Below, piece after piece: positions 18,687 to 28,807 of a stretch of DNA of 64,000 nt; position 1 is the first letter of the stretch; the number at the start of each line of letters is the position of its first letter. The stretch is from an uncultured Clostridia bacterium (GTDB lineage Bacteria > Bacillota > Clostridia > Oscillospirales > CAG-272), in contig CALWJV010000008.1 of the NCBI GenBank assembly GCA_944381115.1, positions 69,613 to 133,612 on the forward strand, given 5' to 3'. The notes beneath the pieces were generated by a model. The model did not search any database and was not told where the DNA came from. It saw only the letters and a program-made list of their open reading frames with translations. A program made the position numbers and the translations under genes.

Positions 18687-21656
18687 TCAAATATCGTATT
18701 TAGAAAGTATCTGGCTCGGAGTTTTGCGCAGGAGTGCGGTTATCGGTATTATTCCGCAGACAAGACATACCGCATAGAGGATAATGAGTATCGCACCTGC
18801 AAGCCAGAATGGGTAATAAAGTATAGTATCCAGAAGAGAGACAAAAGAGGCAAGTGCAAATATGAATGCGCTGGAAATAATATATCCGACAAATACTGTA
18901 AGCGTTGTAAGCACCGCCGCCTCAATAAGGAATTTGAATGTAAGGTTTATCTTTGAAACACCGATCGCGCGATATATTCCGACCTCCTTTATCCTGCTCA
19001 TAAGCGAAGAACGCATAATGAAGTACATACAGAAGCACATTACCGCAAGGAATACCGCAAGAACGATAAGGTTGGTCGTTACGTCCTTTTTAAAACTTTC
19101 CATTTTAAGGTCGAACATGTAGTCAGGCGTGTATACTGCCATTTGGGAATCGGAAACTTCAGCATTTATGTCGAAATTTTCTTTAAGATACCGTTCGGTT
19201 TCCGAGACGTTGCTTGAATGTATTACCGTGTATGCGGATTTTTCCAAATCGAAAATACTGTTTATAACGATCGATTCGTGCGACTCACCGATGCCGTCTG
19301 CGAGAGAATTATAATCTGATTCCGTAAGAATATATTCAACATCGTTCCAAACAAAGATACCAACCGAAGTATTAAACTCTTCATTGTACTGATTGTAATA
19401 TTTATTCAGACCGTTAACTAATTTTGTAAACTCATTTTGGACTGTCTCAGAGTTTTTATTCATATACGTAAGAGTCGGATAAATGCCGTACTGCGATCTG
19501 TATTTCATCATGAAATAGTACATACTGTCGCTGATCATGAAGTACTTGAACTCTTCAAGTCCTTTTTCTACGTACAGCCATATATCTATATCATTTGGAT
19601 TTATAATATAGTTATGATTTAAATATTCATCGTATTTTTCATATAGTTTTTCATAATATCTGTAATAATTTGTATCGGTGTATTCTTGCAGTCCCTCCTC
19701 AAAAGCGGGGGATTGTTCTTCAAGGTCGGGGTTTTCCGCCTTATAAAGTTTTCTCATATATTCGTTAAGTCCCAATAACATCGGACTGCCGTCATATTCG
19801 TTTTCAATCGCAAGATCGCTTTTGATCGATAAAAGGAAATGCTCATAACCGTTGTACGGTGAAATTATATCTTTGACGGTAAATGTCTTTCCGTTTATTT
19901 TTAGCGTCTGACCTTTTTCCGGAATATTATTTTCTTTATCGCGTGTTCTTAAAACTATTGCAGTTTCTCCGGATTTGATTTGAATACTGTCGTAACTGTT
20001 GGGTCTTACATTGATATTCATGTAATTAAGGACCGTTTTTGCAGATGCCAAAGAGGAGCGATATATGCAATTTTCATCCGATCTTATAACGCCGACTATT
20101 CTCAGAGAAACAAAATTATAATGAGACGAGTAATTTGCATACAGTCCGATAATGTCATTGTAGTTTTTTACATACCCGACGGTACTTGATTTTATCAGAT
20201 TATCTGCAAGAGTATCGGTTATTACTATTTCGGATATTCCGAGATCGTTTACCCTGCCTGCAAGCACGGACGGCTCTCCCGCAAATTTTATGTCGAGGCA
20301 GTCAGAAAAGGCGCTGAAACTAGCATCATTTGTTTGAAAACTTTCAAATTTACCTGGTGAAACGTAGACTTTGCCGTTTCCATTCGGAACGTAAAACTGC
20401 AATTGGATATTGTCAATACCGTATTTACCGACGGCAGAACTGAGTTTTTCCGATACCTGTGCATTTGGGGGTGTATGGACGTAGAAAACATGCTGGTTGT
20501 ACTGCGTTTTGACATCTTCTATCTGTTTGAACGCCGTTCCGAGACTTGCCGACATAAAGACAAGTACGATCGAAAAGAGAAACATACATACTCGCAGTGC
20601 CTTCGTGCTTCTTTTATTCTTCTTAAAGTTTGCCGTGTAACCGCTTTTTACGGATCCCTTGAACCTGAAAAGACGCCCGAAGTTTGACCCATCAATAGGG
20701 GGAAGTTTTGACATATCAATATTTGCCCGGTTTTCTTCCGCTTTTTCTGTCTCGGTGTAAACGCCTTGTCGCAGTTTGACCTCGCTGGTTTCATCGAGTA
20801 CATGAACATTTACGTTGTTTACGCTGAGATATATTTTTTTGCCGTCGTTTACAATGCGTAAACTTACCGGAGCGGACGGAGCGGCTCCGTAATATTCAAT
20901 ATTGACCTCGTCGGAATTTATTTCTTTCTTTTCAAATTCGCCGAGGTAGATGTCGTTTTTGTTTTTTTCCGCATATCCGTTTGTCGACTGGTTATCCCTT
21001 ACTGACATTATCTTTCCATCGGAAAGTTCGATGACTTTATCGCAGTAGTAATCGACAAGTTTAGCCTCGTGGGTGACCAGCACGACAAGATGTTCCTCCG
21101 AGATTTTTTTCAGAAGGTCCATTATCATTATCGTGTTTGCTTCGTCAAGATTTCCAGTGGGTTCGTCGGCGAGTATAATCTTTGGGTTCTTGACTATTGC
21201 TCTGGCTATTGCTATACGCTGCATCTGACCGCCGGAAAGCATGTCAGGGGTGCGCGATTTGTATTTATCCATTCCGACATTTGCAAGAGCTGCCATGACT
21301 CTCTCTTCGATCTGTGCTTTGTTGGTCATTCCGCAAAGGCGGAGTGCGTCTGCGACGTTGTCGAAGTTTGATTCGTTTTTATTCAGATTATAGTTCTGGA
21401 ATATATAACCGATGTACTTGTTTCTTATGACATCGGTGTTCCTTTCAATGTTTTCGCCGTCTATCAGCACCGAACCGCCCTCGGAACTGTCAAGACCTCC
21501 TATCGTGTTTAAAAGGGTGGTCTTGCCGCAGCCGCTTCTGCCGAAAAGTGCGACCATACCGTGTTCGGGAAGTTCAAGACTGATGTTGTTTATAACATGT
21601 ATCTCGTTCTGTTTTCCTTTGTTAAAAAATTTATTCAGAGATTTTATGCTGATCAT
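18687..21656 (-). CDS. Fused ABC ATPase / FtsX-type permease (MacB-like topology) with an extracytoplasmic domain of about 485 aa
   Basis: 989 aa. Walker A is GRSGCGKTT, the signature is LSGGQMQR and Walker B is ILADEPT. A linker of about 130 aa precedes TM1 (aa ~355-376). A long non-hydrophobic region follows, then three C-terminal TM helices typical of the FtsX domain. Confidence 0.85.
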   Translation of the reverse strand: MISIKSLNKFFNKGKQNEIHVINNISLELPEHGMVALFGRSGCGKTTLLNTIGGLDSSEGGSVLIDGENIERNTDVIRNKYIGYIFQNYNLNKNESNFDNVADALRLCGMTNKAQIEERVMAALANVGMDKYKSRTPDMLSGGQMQRIAIARAIVKNPKIILADEPTGNLDEANTIMIMDLLKKISEEHLVVLVTHEAKLVDYYCDKVIELSDGKIMSVRDNQSTNGYAEKNKNDIYLGEFEKKEINSDEVNIEYYGAAPSAPVSLRIVNDGKKIYLSVNNVNVHVLDETSEVKLRQGVYTETEKAEENRANIDMSKLPPIDGSNFGRLFRFKGSVKSGYTANFKKNKRSTKALRVCMFLFSIVLVFMSASLGTAFKQIEDVKTQYNQHVFYVHTPPNAQVSEKLSSAVGKYGIDNIQLQFYVPNGNGKVYVSPGKFESFQTNDASFSAFSDCLDIKFAGEPSVLAGRVNDLGISEIVITDTLADNLIKSSTVGYVKNYNDIIGLYANYSSHYNFVSLRIVGVIRSDENCIYRSSLASAKTVLNYMNINVRPNSYDSIQIKSGETAIVLRTRDKENNIPEKGQTLKINGKTFTVKDIISPYNGYEHFLLSIKSDLAIENEYDGSPMLLGLNEYMRKLYKAENPDLEEQSPAFEEGLQEYTDTNYYRYYEKLYEKYDEYLNHNYIINPNDIDIWLYVEKGLEEFKYFMISDSMYYFMMKYRSQYGIYPTLTYMNKNSETVQNEFTKLVNGLNKYYNQYNEEFNTSVGIFVWNDVEYILTESDYNSLADGIGESHESIVINSIFDLEKSAYTVIHSSNVSETERYLKENFDINAEVSDSQMAVYTPDYMFDLKMESFKKDVTTNLIVLAVFLAVMCFCMYFIMRSSLMSRIKEVGIYRAIGVSKINLTFKFLIEAAVLTTLTVFVGYIISSAFIFALASFVSLLDTILYYPFWLAGAILIILYAVCLVCGIIPITALLRKTPSQILSKYDI

Positions 21657-23971
21657 CTGTCATTACCTCCTTTGAGCGATTTTTTGACACTTTCAGTAAA
21701 CAGTTTTCTGATTTGTTTGTGCGTTACCCTGATTGTAAGCAGTATCATGCCTACGGTGATGAGCGCATATTGATACGCATAAAGATAAGTGAAATATCCG
21801 TTCATTACCGGAGAAGTGTATATCAGTATCGGGCAAATTATCAGCAGAATGAATGCGGGGATCAGAGAAAAGATCATTCTCGTATACATTCCCGTTTTTA
21901 TAATCCTTACTGTTATGCCCATGGAGCGCATAATCGCCATATCTCCCTTGAAGGCGGTGAGCATTCTCAAAGAACAGAGATTTATGAAGAATGCAAGGAA
22001 TATTATTGCAAGTCCCCATACGACCAGAGACAAAATACTTTCCAGTGTCTGTGTGATCGCTGTAAGCGGGTCGCGCTCGTATGTCGTATCCGCGGGGACC
22101 GCAATATATCCCGCATTGTTGAGTGCTGTTGCCGCCTCTTCCGCTTTTGCGTTGTTTTCAAAGAATACCGAGGCTTGAATGTAGGAGACACTCATATATT
22201 CTTCCATTATAGCTATAAGCGCATCGGGGCTGAATACTACTGATCCGGCGGTACTGTCTTCTTTGAAATCAATGATGTTGTTCGGTATGGTCTTTTGAAA
22301 AGTACTTTGTACCCTGTCTCCGTATCCGGAGTACACATAGTAATTGTATGAAAGCGAGAGCGTTGGGACTATCTTGTCTTTTTTATCTCCGAATTCCTGT
22401 AAGTAAGAAAGGTATTTTGAATCGTTGACAGAGATCCTTCCGCTTTTGACTACGTTTTCGTCAAACGATACCCTGATGTTCCCAGATATATTTTCATTTC
22501 TGTAATCGTCTTTATAAATACCGTCCTCATGCAGTGCGGAAGCAGAGGCGTAGAAATTCAGAAAGAAATCACTGTTTGAAAGATTATCCGATACAAATGC
22601 TCTGTTGTAAACGGACATGAATTTAAAACCGCTTTCTGTAAGCAGTGCTTTTGGCGCACGGTTATTATCAGCAAAGTAATGGATGCCAACTATTTTATAC
22701 TCCATACCGTCTATTTTTACATTGGTTATTTCTATTTCTTTTTTACCGAATGTTGTCTGAAAACTTATGGGAAGCGAAAGCAGAAGCTCGTTTACCTTTT
22801 CTGGCTGTCTTCCGATATCCGCATTTATCTTTTCACCGAATGTATATTCGGTATCGATGTACATCGGTTCTTTGCCGTCACGGGTTATATTTATCATACC
22901 GCGTACATTATAACCGCTGTTTGAACTGCTCGTACGGTCAAGCAAAAAGTCGTAATGTATATAACTTAAAGCGCCGTAATCCGCTTTTATCTGTTCAAGT
23001 TCGTTTTCCGAAATGACCTGCCCGTCTCGTTTTACCAGAACGACACGTCCGTCTATGTTGTTAAACATGTAGTTCGGTTTGAACATAGCGGTAAAATCAC
23101 CGAAAAACGCAGTTGCAAAAAAGAGACCGAGGGTACCGACCAGCATAAGAAGACACATAAACAGAGAAAGTTTTGGCGTTGCTTTGAAGATCGCGACGCC
23201 GAGCGTTATTCCGTTTCTTATATCGGAAAATTTCTTCTTTTTCGGCGGGTCTGGAATCTTTTCTTCTGGTTTCTTTTCTTCCGGGGTCGACGGTATCAAT
23301 ATCTGGTCTGATTCGACTGCGCCGTCAAAAATTCTTATATGGCGTGTAGCATAATTTTCGACCTGGTCGAAGTTATGGGTGACCATAATGAGCAATTTAT
23401 CTTTTGCAACTTCTTTCATAAGAGCAATGATCTCTGTGGAAGTTGCAAAATCAAGGTTACCTGTCGGTTCATCTGCAAGAATGATAGGGCTGTCCTTTGC
23501 GAGCGCACGCGCGATTACGGTACGCTGTTTTTGTCCACCGGAAAGTTTACTTCCTTTATGTTTCAGGTGGGACCCCATTCCGACGCGGTTAAGAAGTTCA
23601 ACTGCACGGCGTCTGCGTTCTTTTTTATTTTCAATATGCATAAGAGAGAGTTCCACATTTTGAAGGACAGTATAACTGTCGATAATGTTATATTCCTGAA
23701 AAATAAAGGAAATATATTTTTTTCTGTACTCCTCCCAATCAGACTGTAAAAAATGCGAAGTGGGTTCGTTTTCTATGAAAAGTTCGCCTTCTTCGTAAGT
23801 ATCCATTCCGCTTATAATATTTAAAAGGGTGGACTTTCCTGAACCGGATGCTCCGGTTATCGCTACAAATTCACCTTTGTCAAAACTAAGGTTGACTCCT
23901 CTTATACCTACAGAAACATTACCTTCGGAAACATAAATTTTTCCAATGTCCTTTAATTTAAGCAGTGACAT
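21653..23971 (-). CDS. Fused ABC ATPase / FtsX-type permease (MacB-like topology) with an extracytoplasmic domain of about 345 aa
   Basis: 772 aa. Walker A is GASGSGKST, the signature is LSGGQKQR and Walker B is ILADEPT. After a Pro/Lys/Glu-rich linker come TM1 (aa ~268-290), a large loop and three C-terminal TM helices. Its stop overlaps the downstream start by 4 nt (ATGA). Confidence 0.85.
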   Translation of the reverse strand: MSLLKLKDIGKIYVSEGNVSVGIRGVNLSFDKGEFVAITGASGSGKSTLLNIISGMDTYEEGELFIENEPTSHFLQSDWEEYRKKYISFIFQEYNIIDSYTVLQNVELSLMHIENKKERRRRAVELLNRVGMGSHLKHKGSKLSGGQKQRTVIARALAKDSPIILADEPTGNLDFATSTEIIALMKEVAKDKLLIMVTHNFDQVENYATRHIRIFDGAVESDQILIPSTPEEKKPEEKIPDPPKKKKFSDIRNGITLGVAIFKATPKLSLFMCLLMLVGTLGLFFATAFFGDFTAMFKPNYMFNNIDGRVVLVKRDGQVISENELEQIKADYGALSYIHYDFLLDRTSSSNSGYNVRGMINITRDGKEPMYIDTEYTFGEKINADIGRQPEKVNELLLSLPISFQTTFGKKEIEITNVKIDGMEYKIVGIHYFADNNRAPKALLTESGFKFMSVYNRAFVSDNLSNSDFFLNFYASASALHEDGIYKDDYRNENISGNIRVSFDENVVKSGRISVNDSKYLSYLQEFGDKKDKIVPTLSLSYNYYVYSGYGDRVQSTFQKTIPNNIIDFKEDSTAGSVVFSPDALIAIMEEYMSVSYIQASVFFENNAKAEEAATALNNAGYIAVPADTTYERDPLTAITQTLESILSLVVWGLAIIFLAFFINLCSLRMLTAFKGDMAIMRSMGITVRIIKTGMYTRMIFSLIPAFILLIICPILIYTSPVMNGYFTYLYAYQYALITVGMILLTIRVTHKQIRKLFTESVKKSLKGGNDR

Positions 23972-24204
23972 TAATGTACCTCCTGACGAATATGTTCTTC
24001 TTATTATATATAAAATATATGAACTTTCTAATAATAATTTGTAACAATATAAAATATAAAAGAAATCTGTGAGGTAATAACATAAATAAACTATCCTTTT
24101 TTAGGAACATATTATGTGGTATAATTAGTGTGTAAACAAAGAATATAAAGTATTCGTAAAAAATAATTTTTACAGCCGTGGATAACGGCAGAATGGAGAT
24201 ATTA

Positions 24205-25203
24205 ATGTCAGATAAAAGAAGAATACAGTGGTTTATACTTGAAATATTGAAGAAATACAGCGATGAAAAAAAGGGATTAAGTGTAAGCGATGTTACAAAA
24301 CTTCTGAAAAGTGAGTATGACCGTGATGTTGACAGAAAAACCGTAAAACGCAATCTTATGTTGCTGATGAGTTACGGATTTGCGAATGTATTTGACGGAA
24401 AAGAAAGGTACTGGAAAGCAGAAAGGTTTTTCAGCGAAAGGGAGAAAGAGATGCTTGCGGAAAGTATAGCGATAAACCCGAATATACCAAGAAGTGAAGG
24501 GTGTGAGATACTTAAGAAACTTGAAGCGCAGGTGGGGGATTTCGGTGTTTACAAAAAAGTTGTTTTTGCTGGAAGGGGTACGGTGAATCACAATTCCTGT
24601 AAAGAAAATCTTAATATAGTGATAAATGCGATCAAGGAAAGAAAAATGCTTACTTTTTCTGTTATAATTTATCAGAAAAACGGAAAAATCAGATTGAAAA
24701 GAAATGAGTACGGACAGGTAATAGAGTATCTTGTAAATCCGGAGACAGTCATAAGTACCGGTGGAAGTTTCAAACTTCTGGGTGCAATAGGTGATTCAGG
24801 AAAATACATGTATTTCCCGGTTGATAAGATGTACGGTCTTACGGTTACAGATATAGCGGGAAAAAGCGCACTTGTTTTCTATGAAAATTATCTGCCGGTC
24901 AATAAAGCGGAGGCGGAAAGACCGTATTTTGACAAAAAAGAAAAAATAGTTTTTATTGCAGATCAAAACGCGATTGAAAGAGTTTACGAAAATTTTGGGG
25001 AAGAAGCAGAAGCGGTAAGAGAATATGGAGGTAAAGTTGAAATGTGGGTTTACTGCGAAGCGGAAGCGTTTAAGTCTTTTGCGCTTGGACTTTGCGGAGA
25101 TATTGAAGTGATATATCCGAAGGCACTACGAAAAAATATTGCGGAAAATTTAAAAAGTGCTTATGAAATTTATCTTACGGAACGGACAATGCTTTTAAAA
25201 TAA
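24205..25203 (+). CDS. wHTH plus WYL-like domain transcriptional regulator (putative)
   Basis: I chose the start at MSDKRR (GGAG lies 6 nt upstream). The N-terminal winged-HTH-like segment is ILEILKKYSDEKKGLSVSDVTKLL...VKRNL. The central segment YLVNPETVISTGGSFKLLGAIGDSGKYMYFPVDKMYGLTV fits the WYL-domain pattern, with FKL in place of WYL. It is transcribed divergently from the ABC operon. Confidence 0.55.
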   Translation: MSDKRRIQWFILEILKKYSDEKKGLSVSDVTKLLKSEYDRDVDRKTVKRNLMLLMSYGFANVFDGKERYWKAERFFSEREKEMLAESIAINPNIPRSEGCEILKKLEAQVGDFGVYKKVVFAGRGTVNHNSCKENLNIVINAIKERKMLTFSVIIYQKNGKIRLKRNEYGQVIEYLVNPETVISTGGSFKLLGAIGDSGKYMYFPVDKMYGLTVTDIAGKSALVFYENYLPVNKAEAERPYFDKKEKIVFIADQNAIERVYENFGEEAEAVREYGGKVEMWVYCEAEAFKSFALGLCGDIEVIYPKALRKNIAENLKSAYEIYLTERTMLLK

Positions 25204-25209
25204 AAACGG

Positions 25210-25238
25210 AGGTGTTATTTATCGGTAACACCTTTTTT
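25210..25238 (+). terminator. Rho-independent terminator after the regulator gene
   Basis: Stem AGGTGTTA pairs with TAACACCT, followed by TTTTTT. Confidence 0.6.
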
Positions 25239-25401
25239 GTTTATAAAAAAAACACTAAAAAAAAGAAAATTTTTTAAAAAGGGTAGATTTTTGTAACGGA
25301 ATGTGATATAATTATAGAAAATTGTATATATACACATTTTATCATTTTGTGCATGGCGGATTGATCATAAAACGAATAAATTGGTTAAGAAGGGAATAAA
25401 G

Positions 25402-26286
25402 ATGAAAATTTCCGAACTATTTGCAAAGAAGGTACCAACACTGTCTTTTGAGGTATTTCCTCCGAAAACAAGCGATACATATGAAAGCGTAAAAACAGCT
25501 GCTGAACATATTGCGGCTCTTAAACCGGATTTTATGAGTGTAACTTACGGAGCGGGCGGCGGAACAAGCAGATATACTCTTAATATTGCAAGTGATATTG
25601 AAACCCGTTACGGAGTTCCGACTCTTGCTCATCTTACCTGCGTTTCTTCATCAAGGAATACCGTAAGAGACAGGATTAAAAATATGATTGACCGGGGTAT
25701 AAAGAACGTTATGGCGCTTCGTGGAGATATTCCGGAAAGTATGGCAAATGATGACAGAACGAACTGGCATTATAACCATGCGGTTGACCTTATACGAGAA
25801 CTTAAAGAAAGCGACGGAGATTTTTGTATAGGCGGTGCATGTTATCCGGAAGTCCATCCTGAAAGCGTAAATCAAAAAGAAGACATAAAACATTTGAAAG
25901 AAAAGATAGATGCCGGATGTGAATTTTTGACCACACAAATGTTTTTTGAAAATAATCTGTTTTATAATTTCATGTATAAGATACGTGAAGCGGGAATTAC
26001 AGTGCCGATAGTTGCCGGGATAATGCCGATAACAAACGCAAAACAGGTCGAGAGGGCAATAAAACTTTCGGGATCACATATGCCGCAGAGATTTAAAGCA
26101 CTGGTTGATCATTTCGGAACAAATCCTGCCGCTATGAAACAGGCGGGGATCGCTTATTCCACCGATCAGATTATAGATCTTCTTGCAAACGGAATAAATG
26201 CAGTTCATGTTTATTCGATGAATAAGCCGGACGTTGCGGCGGCAATACAAAACAATATTTCGGAGATCATACCCAAAAAAAAATAA
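25402..26286 (+). CDS. metF: 5,10-methylenetetrahydrofolate reductase
   Basis: The motifs LSFEVFPPKT, FMSVTYGAGG, ALRGD and CYPEVHPES are characteristic of MetF. I chose the ATG at 25402 (GAAGGG SD upstream) over the listed TTG at 25381. Confidence 0.9.
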   Translation: MKISELFAKKVPTLSFEVFPPKTSDTYESVKTAAEHIAALKPDFMSVTYGAGGGTSRYTLNIASDIETRYGVPTLAHLTCVSSSRNTVRDRIKNMIDRGIKNVMALRGDIPESMANDDRTNWHYNHAVDLIRELKESDGDFCIGGACYPEVHPESVNQKEDIKHLKEKIDAGCEFLTTQMFFENNLFYNFMYKIREAGITVPIVAGIMPITNAKQVERAIKLSGSHMPQRFKALVDHFGTNPAAMKQAGIAYSTDQIIDLLANGINAVHVYSMNKPDVAAAIQNNISEIIPKKK

Positions 26287-26343
26287 AATTAAAAACTCCC
26301 TAAGTTTTACTTTGCGGAGAATATCGGTGAAAAGAGAAATTAA

Positions 26344-28761
26344 ATGGATATACTATCAAAAATTAAAGCAGGAAGAGTCTATTTTGACGGAGGATACGGG
26401 ACTTTACTTCAGTCAATGGGATTATCGGAGGGGGTTCTTCCTGAGCATTGGAATATTACAAATCCGGAAGTCATAACAAATATTCATTATGAATATCTTT
26501 GTGCCGGCGCTGACATATTGAAGGTAAATACATTCGGGGCAAATAATTTGAAATTCACAACAAAAAATGACAAATTTTGTCTTGAAACTATTATTTCCGC
26601 AGCGATAAGGAACGCAAAAGACGCAATTGAAAGATATCAAAAAAATACCGTACAAAATAATGCAGAAGATAAGTATATTGCACTTGATATAGGTCCTCTG
26701 GGAAAACTTTTGGAACCTATCGGCGATATTAAATTTGAAGACGCCGTTTCTGTTTTTTCCGAAACGGTAAAACTCGGTGTAAAATACGGCGCTAACATGA
26801 TTCTGATCGAGACGATGAATGATTGCAGCGAAACTAAAGCGGCAGTTTTGGCTGCCAAGGAAAATTCATCGCTACCTATATTCGTGACGAATGCATACGA
26901 CGAAAGCGGAAAACTTATTACGGGAGCGACTCCTTCCGCAATGGTCGCGATGCTGGAAGGGCTTTCAGTTGATGCTTTAGGAATAAACTGTAGTTTCGGA
27001 CCGGAAAAAATGCTCCCGATCGTTAAAGAGATTTTGGAATATTCTTCTACTCCGGTTATAGTCAACCCAAATGCAGGGCTTCCGGGCATTAAAGACGGAA
27101 AGACCTGTTTTGACTTAAATTCCGAAGATTTTTCGAATGTAATGATAAAAATTGCTAATATGGGAGCATCAGTTCTCGGAGGTTGCTGCGGGACTACTCC
27201 GGAATATATAAAAAAGGTAAAGGAAAAAACAAAAGATCTGATTTTCAGACCCGTAGGAAAAAAAGATCTTACAGTTGTCTCTTCATATACGCACAGTGTT
27301 ATTTTAGGAAAAAGACCTGTGCTAATAGGCGAAAGAATAAACCCAACAGGAAAGTCTGCTTTTAAAAAAGCGCTCCGGGAAGGTGATTTTGACTATATAT
27401 TGAATGAAGGAATAAAGGAAGAGGAGGCCGGTGTCGATATACTTGACGTTAATGTGGGGCTTCCTGAAATTGACGAAAAAGAGACTCTTGTGCGTGCAGT
27501 GCGTGAACTGTCGTCTGTCACAAGTTTGCCGTTACAAATAGATACTGCAAATCCTTTTGCAATGGAAGCGGCAATGCGGATATATAAAGGAAAACCTCTT
27601 GTAAATTCGGTTAACGGTAAAAAAGAAAGTATGGATGCAATATTACCTCTTGTTGCAAAGTACGGAGGAGTTATCATTGCATTAACGCTTGATGAGACAG
27701 GAATTCCGGAAACTGCGGACGGTCGTATTGAAATTGCCAAAAGGATAATAAAAGAAGCAGAAAAATACGGCATAGATAAAAAGGATATAATCGTTGACCC
27801 GCTTGCAATGACGGTAAGTGCTGATCCGGATTCTGCCCTTATAACGCTTGAAGCAATTAAAAAACTTAGTGAAGACGGTATAAAAACCAGTCTTGGGGTA
27901 TCAAACGTATCATTCGGTCTGCCGAACAGAAATATAATAAATGCGTCATTTTTTACAATGGCGCTTTATGAAGGTCTCAGTGCGGCTATAATGAATCCTT
28001 ATTCAAAAGAAATGCTCGATTCATATTTTTCTTTTTTAGCACTTACAAATAAAGATGAACGATTTGAAAAATATATGGCATATAATGCACTACGAGAGGG
28101 CGAGCAAAAACAGAGTATTGCAGAGTCTTTAACAGCTTCGGACGAAGAAAAACTGAAAAGAGCGGTAATAAAAGGACTCAAGGACGAGAGCGCAAAACTT
28201 TCCGAAAAGGTACTTATTGAAAAAACTCCGCTTGAAGTAATAAATCATTGCGTAATACCTGCACTGGATGAAATAGGAGTTGCTTTTGAAAGTAAGAAAG
28301 CATTTTTACCGGAACTTCTTATGAGTGCCGAAGCGGCAAAAGCGGCGTTTGAGGTTATAAAATCAAAACTTTTGTCAAGCGGAGAGATAAGAGAAAAAAA
28401 ATATAAGATAGTTATAGCAACCGTTAAGGGGGACATACACGATATAGGGAAAAATATAGTTAAGGTACTGCTTGAAAATTATGATTATGACGTAATAGAC
28501 CTTGGCAAAGACGTAGCACCTGAAAAAGTTCTTGAAGCGGTATTAAAAGAAAACGCAAAACTTGCGGGATTAAGTGCGCTTATGACTACAACGGTTCCGG
28601 AAATGGCAAAAACGGTTAAACTTTTAAAAGAAAAGGCACCGTTTTGCAAAGTGCTTGTGGGCGGCGCTGTGCTTACCGAAGAATATGCGAATATGATGGG
28701 AGCGGATAAATATGCTGCAGATGCCATGGAGACAGTAAGATATGCAGAATCGCTTATTTAA
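26344..28761 (+). CDS. metH: Cobalamin-dependent methionine synthase, short form lacking the C-terminal AdoMet reactivation domain
   Basis: 805 aa. It contains a Hcy-methyltransferase domain (GGCCGTTPEYI zinc site), a pterin-binding domain, a B12 cap and a B12-binding domain with the DxHxxG motif (GDIHDIGKN). The protein ends right after the Rossmann-like B12 domain. Confidence 0.9.
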   Translation: MDILSKIKAGRVYFDGGYGTLLQSMGLSEGVLPEHWNITNPEVITNIHYEYLCAGADILKVNTFGANNLKFTTKNDKFCLETIISAAIRNAKDAIERYQKNTVQNNAEDKYIALDIGPLGKLLEPIGDIKFEDAVSVFSETVKLGVKYGANMILIETMNDCSETKAAVLAAKENSSLPIFVTNAYDESGKLITGATPSAMVAMLEGLSVDALGINCSFGPEKMLPIVKEILEYSSTPVIVNPNAGLPGIKDGKTCFDLNSEDFSNVMIKIANMGASVLGGCCGTTPEYIKKVKEKTKDLIFRPVGKKDLTVVSSYTHSVILGKRPVLIGERINPTGKSAFKKALREGDFDYILNEGIKEEEAGVDILDVNVGLPEIDEKETLVRAVRELSSVTSLPLQIDTANPFAMEAAMRIYKGKPLVNSVNGKKESMDAILPLVAKYGGVIIALTLDETGIPETADGRIEIAKRIIKEAEKYGIDKKDIIVDPLAMTVSADPDSALITLEAIKKLSEDGIKTSLGVSNVSFGLPNRNIINASFFTMALYEGLSAAIMNPYSKEMLDSYFSFLALTNKDERFEKYMAYNALREGEQKQSIAESLTASDEEKLKRAVIKGLKDESAKLSEKVLIEKTPLEVINHCVIPALDEIGVAFESKKAFLPELLMSAEAAKAAFEVIKSKLLSSGEIREKKYKIVIATVKGDIHDIGKNIVKVLLENYDYDVIDLGKDVAPEKVLEAVLKENAKLAGLSALMTTTVPEMAKTVKLLKEKAPFCKVLVGGAVLTEEYANMMGADKYAADAMETVRYAESLI

Positions 28762-28807
28762 AGTTAATTAAAATAAAATATTTAAGTTAAGAAAATACGG
28801 AGAAAAG

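Noticed and set aside
21693-22243. Several ORFs of 100-176 aa overlapping the 3' part of the 772-aa ABC gene, on both strands
   Set aside because: They lie entirely inside a well-supported FtsX-domain coding region. They show no motifs and no SD.
25204-25401. Expected SAM (S-box) riboswitch or T-box upstream of metF
   Set aside because: I looked for S-box core strings (for example the GAGGGA / GCCC / AGAG context) and for a T-box AGAGA...TGGTACCGCG element. I found neither.
26637-27773. ORFs of 150 aa and 126 aa antisense to metH
   Set aside because: They are Ser/Pro/Ile-rich antisense artefacts inside a clearly homologous metH frame.
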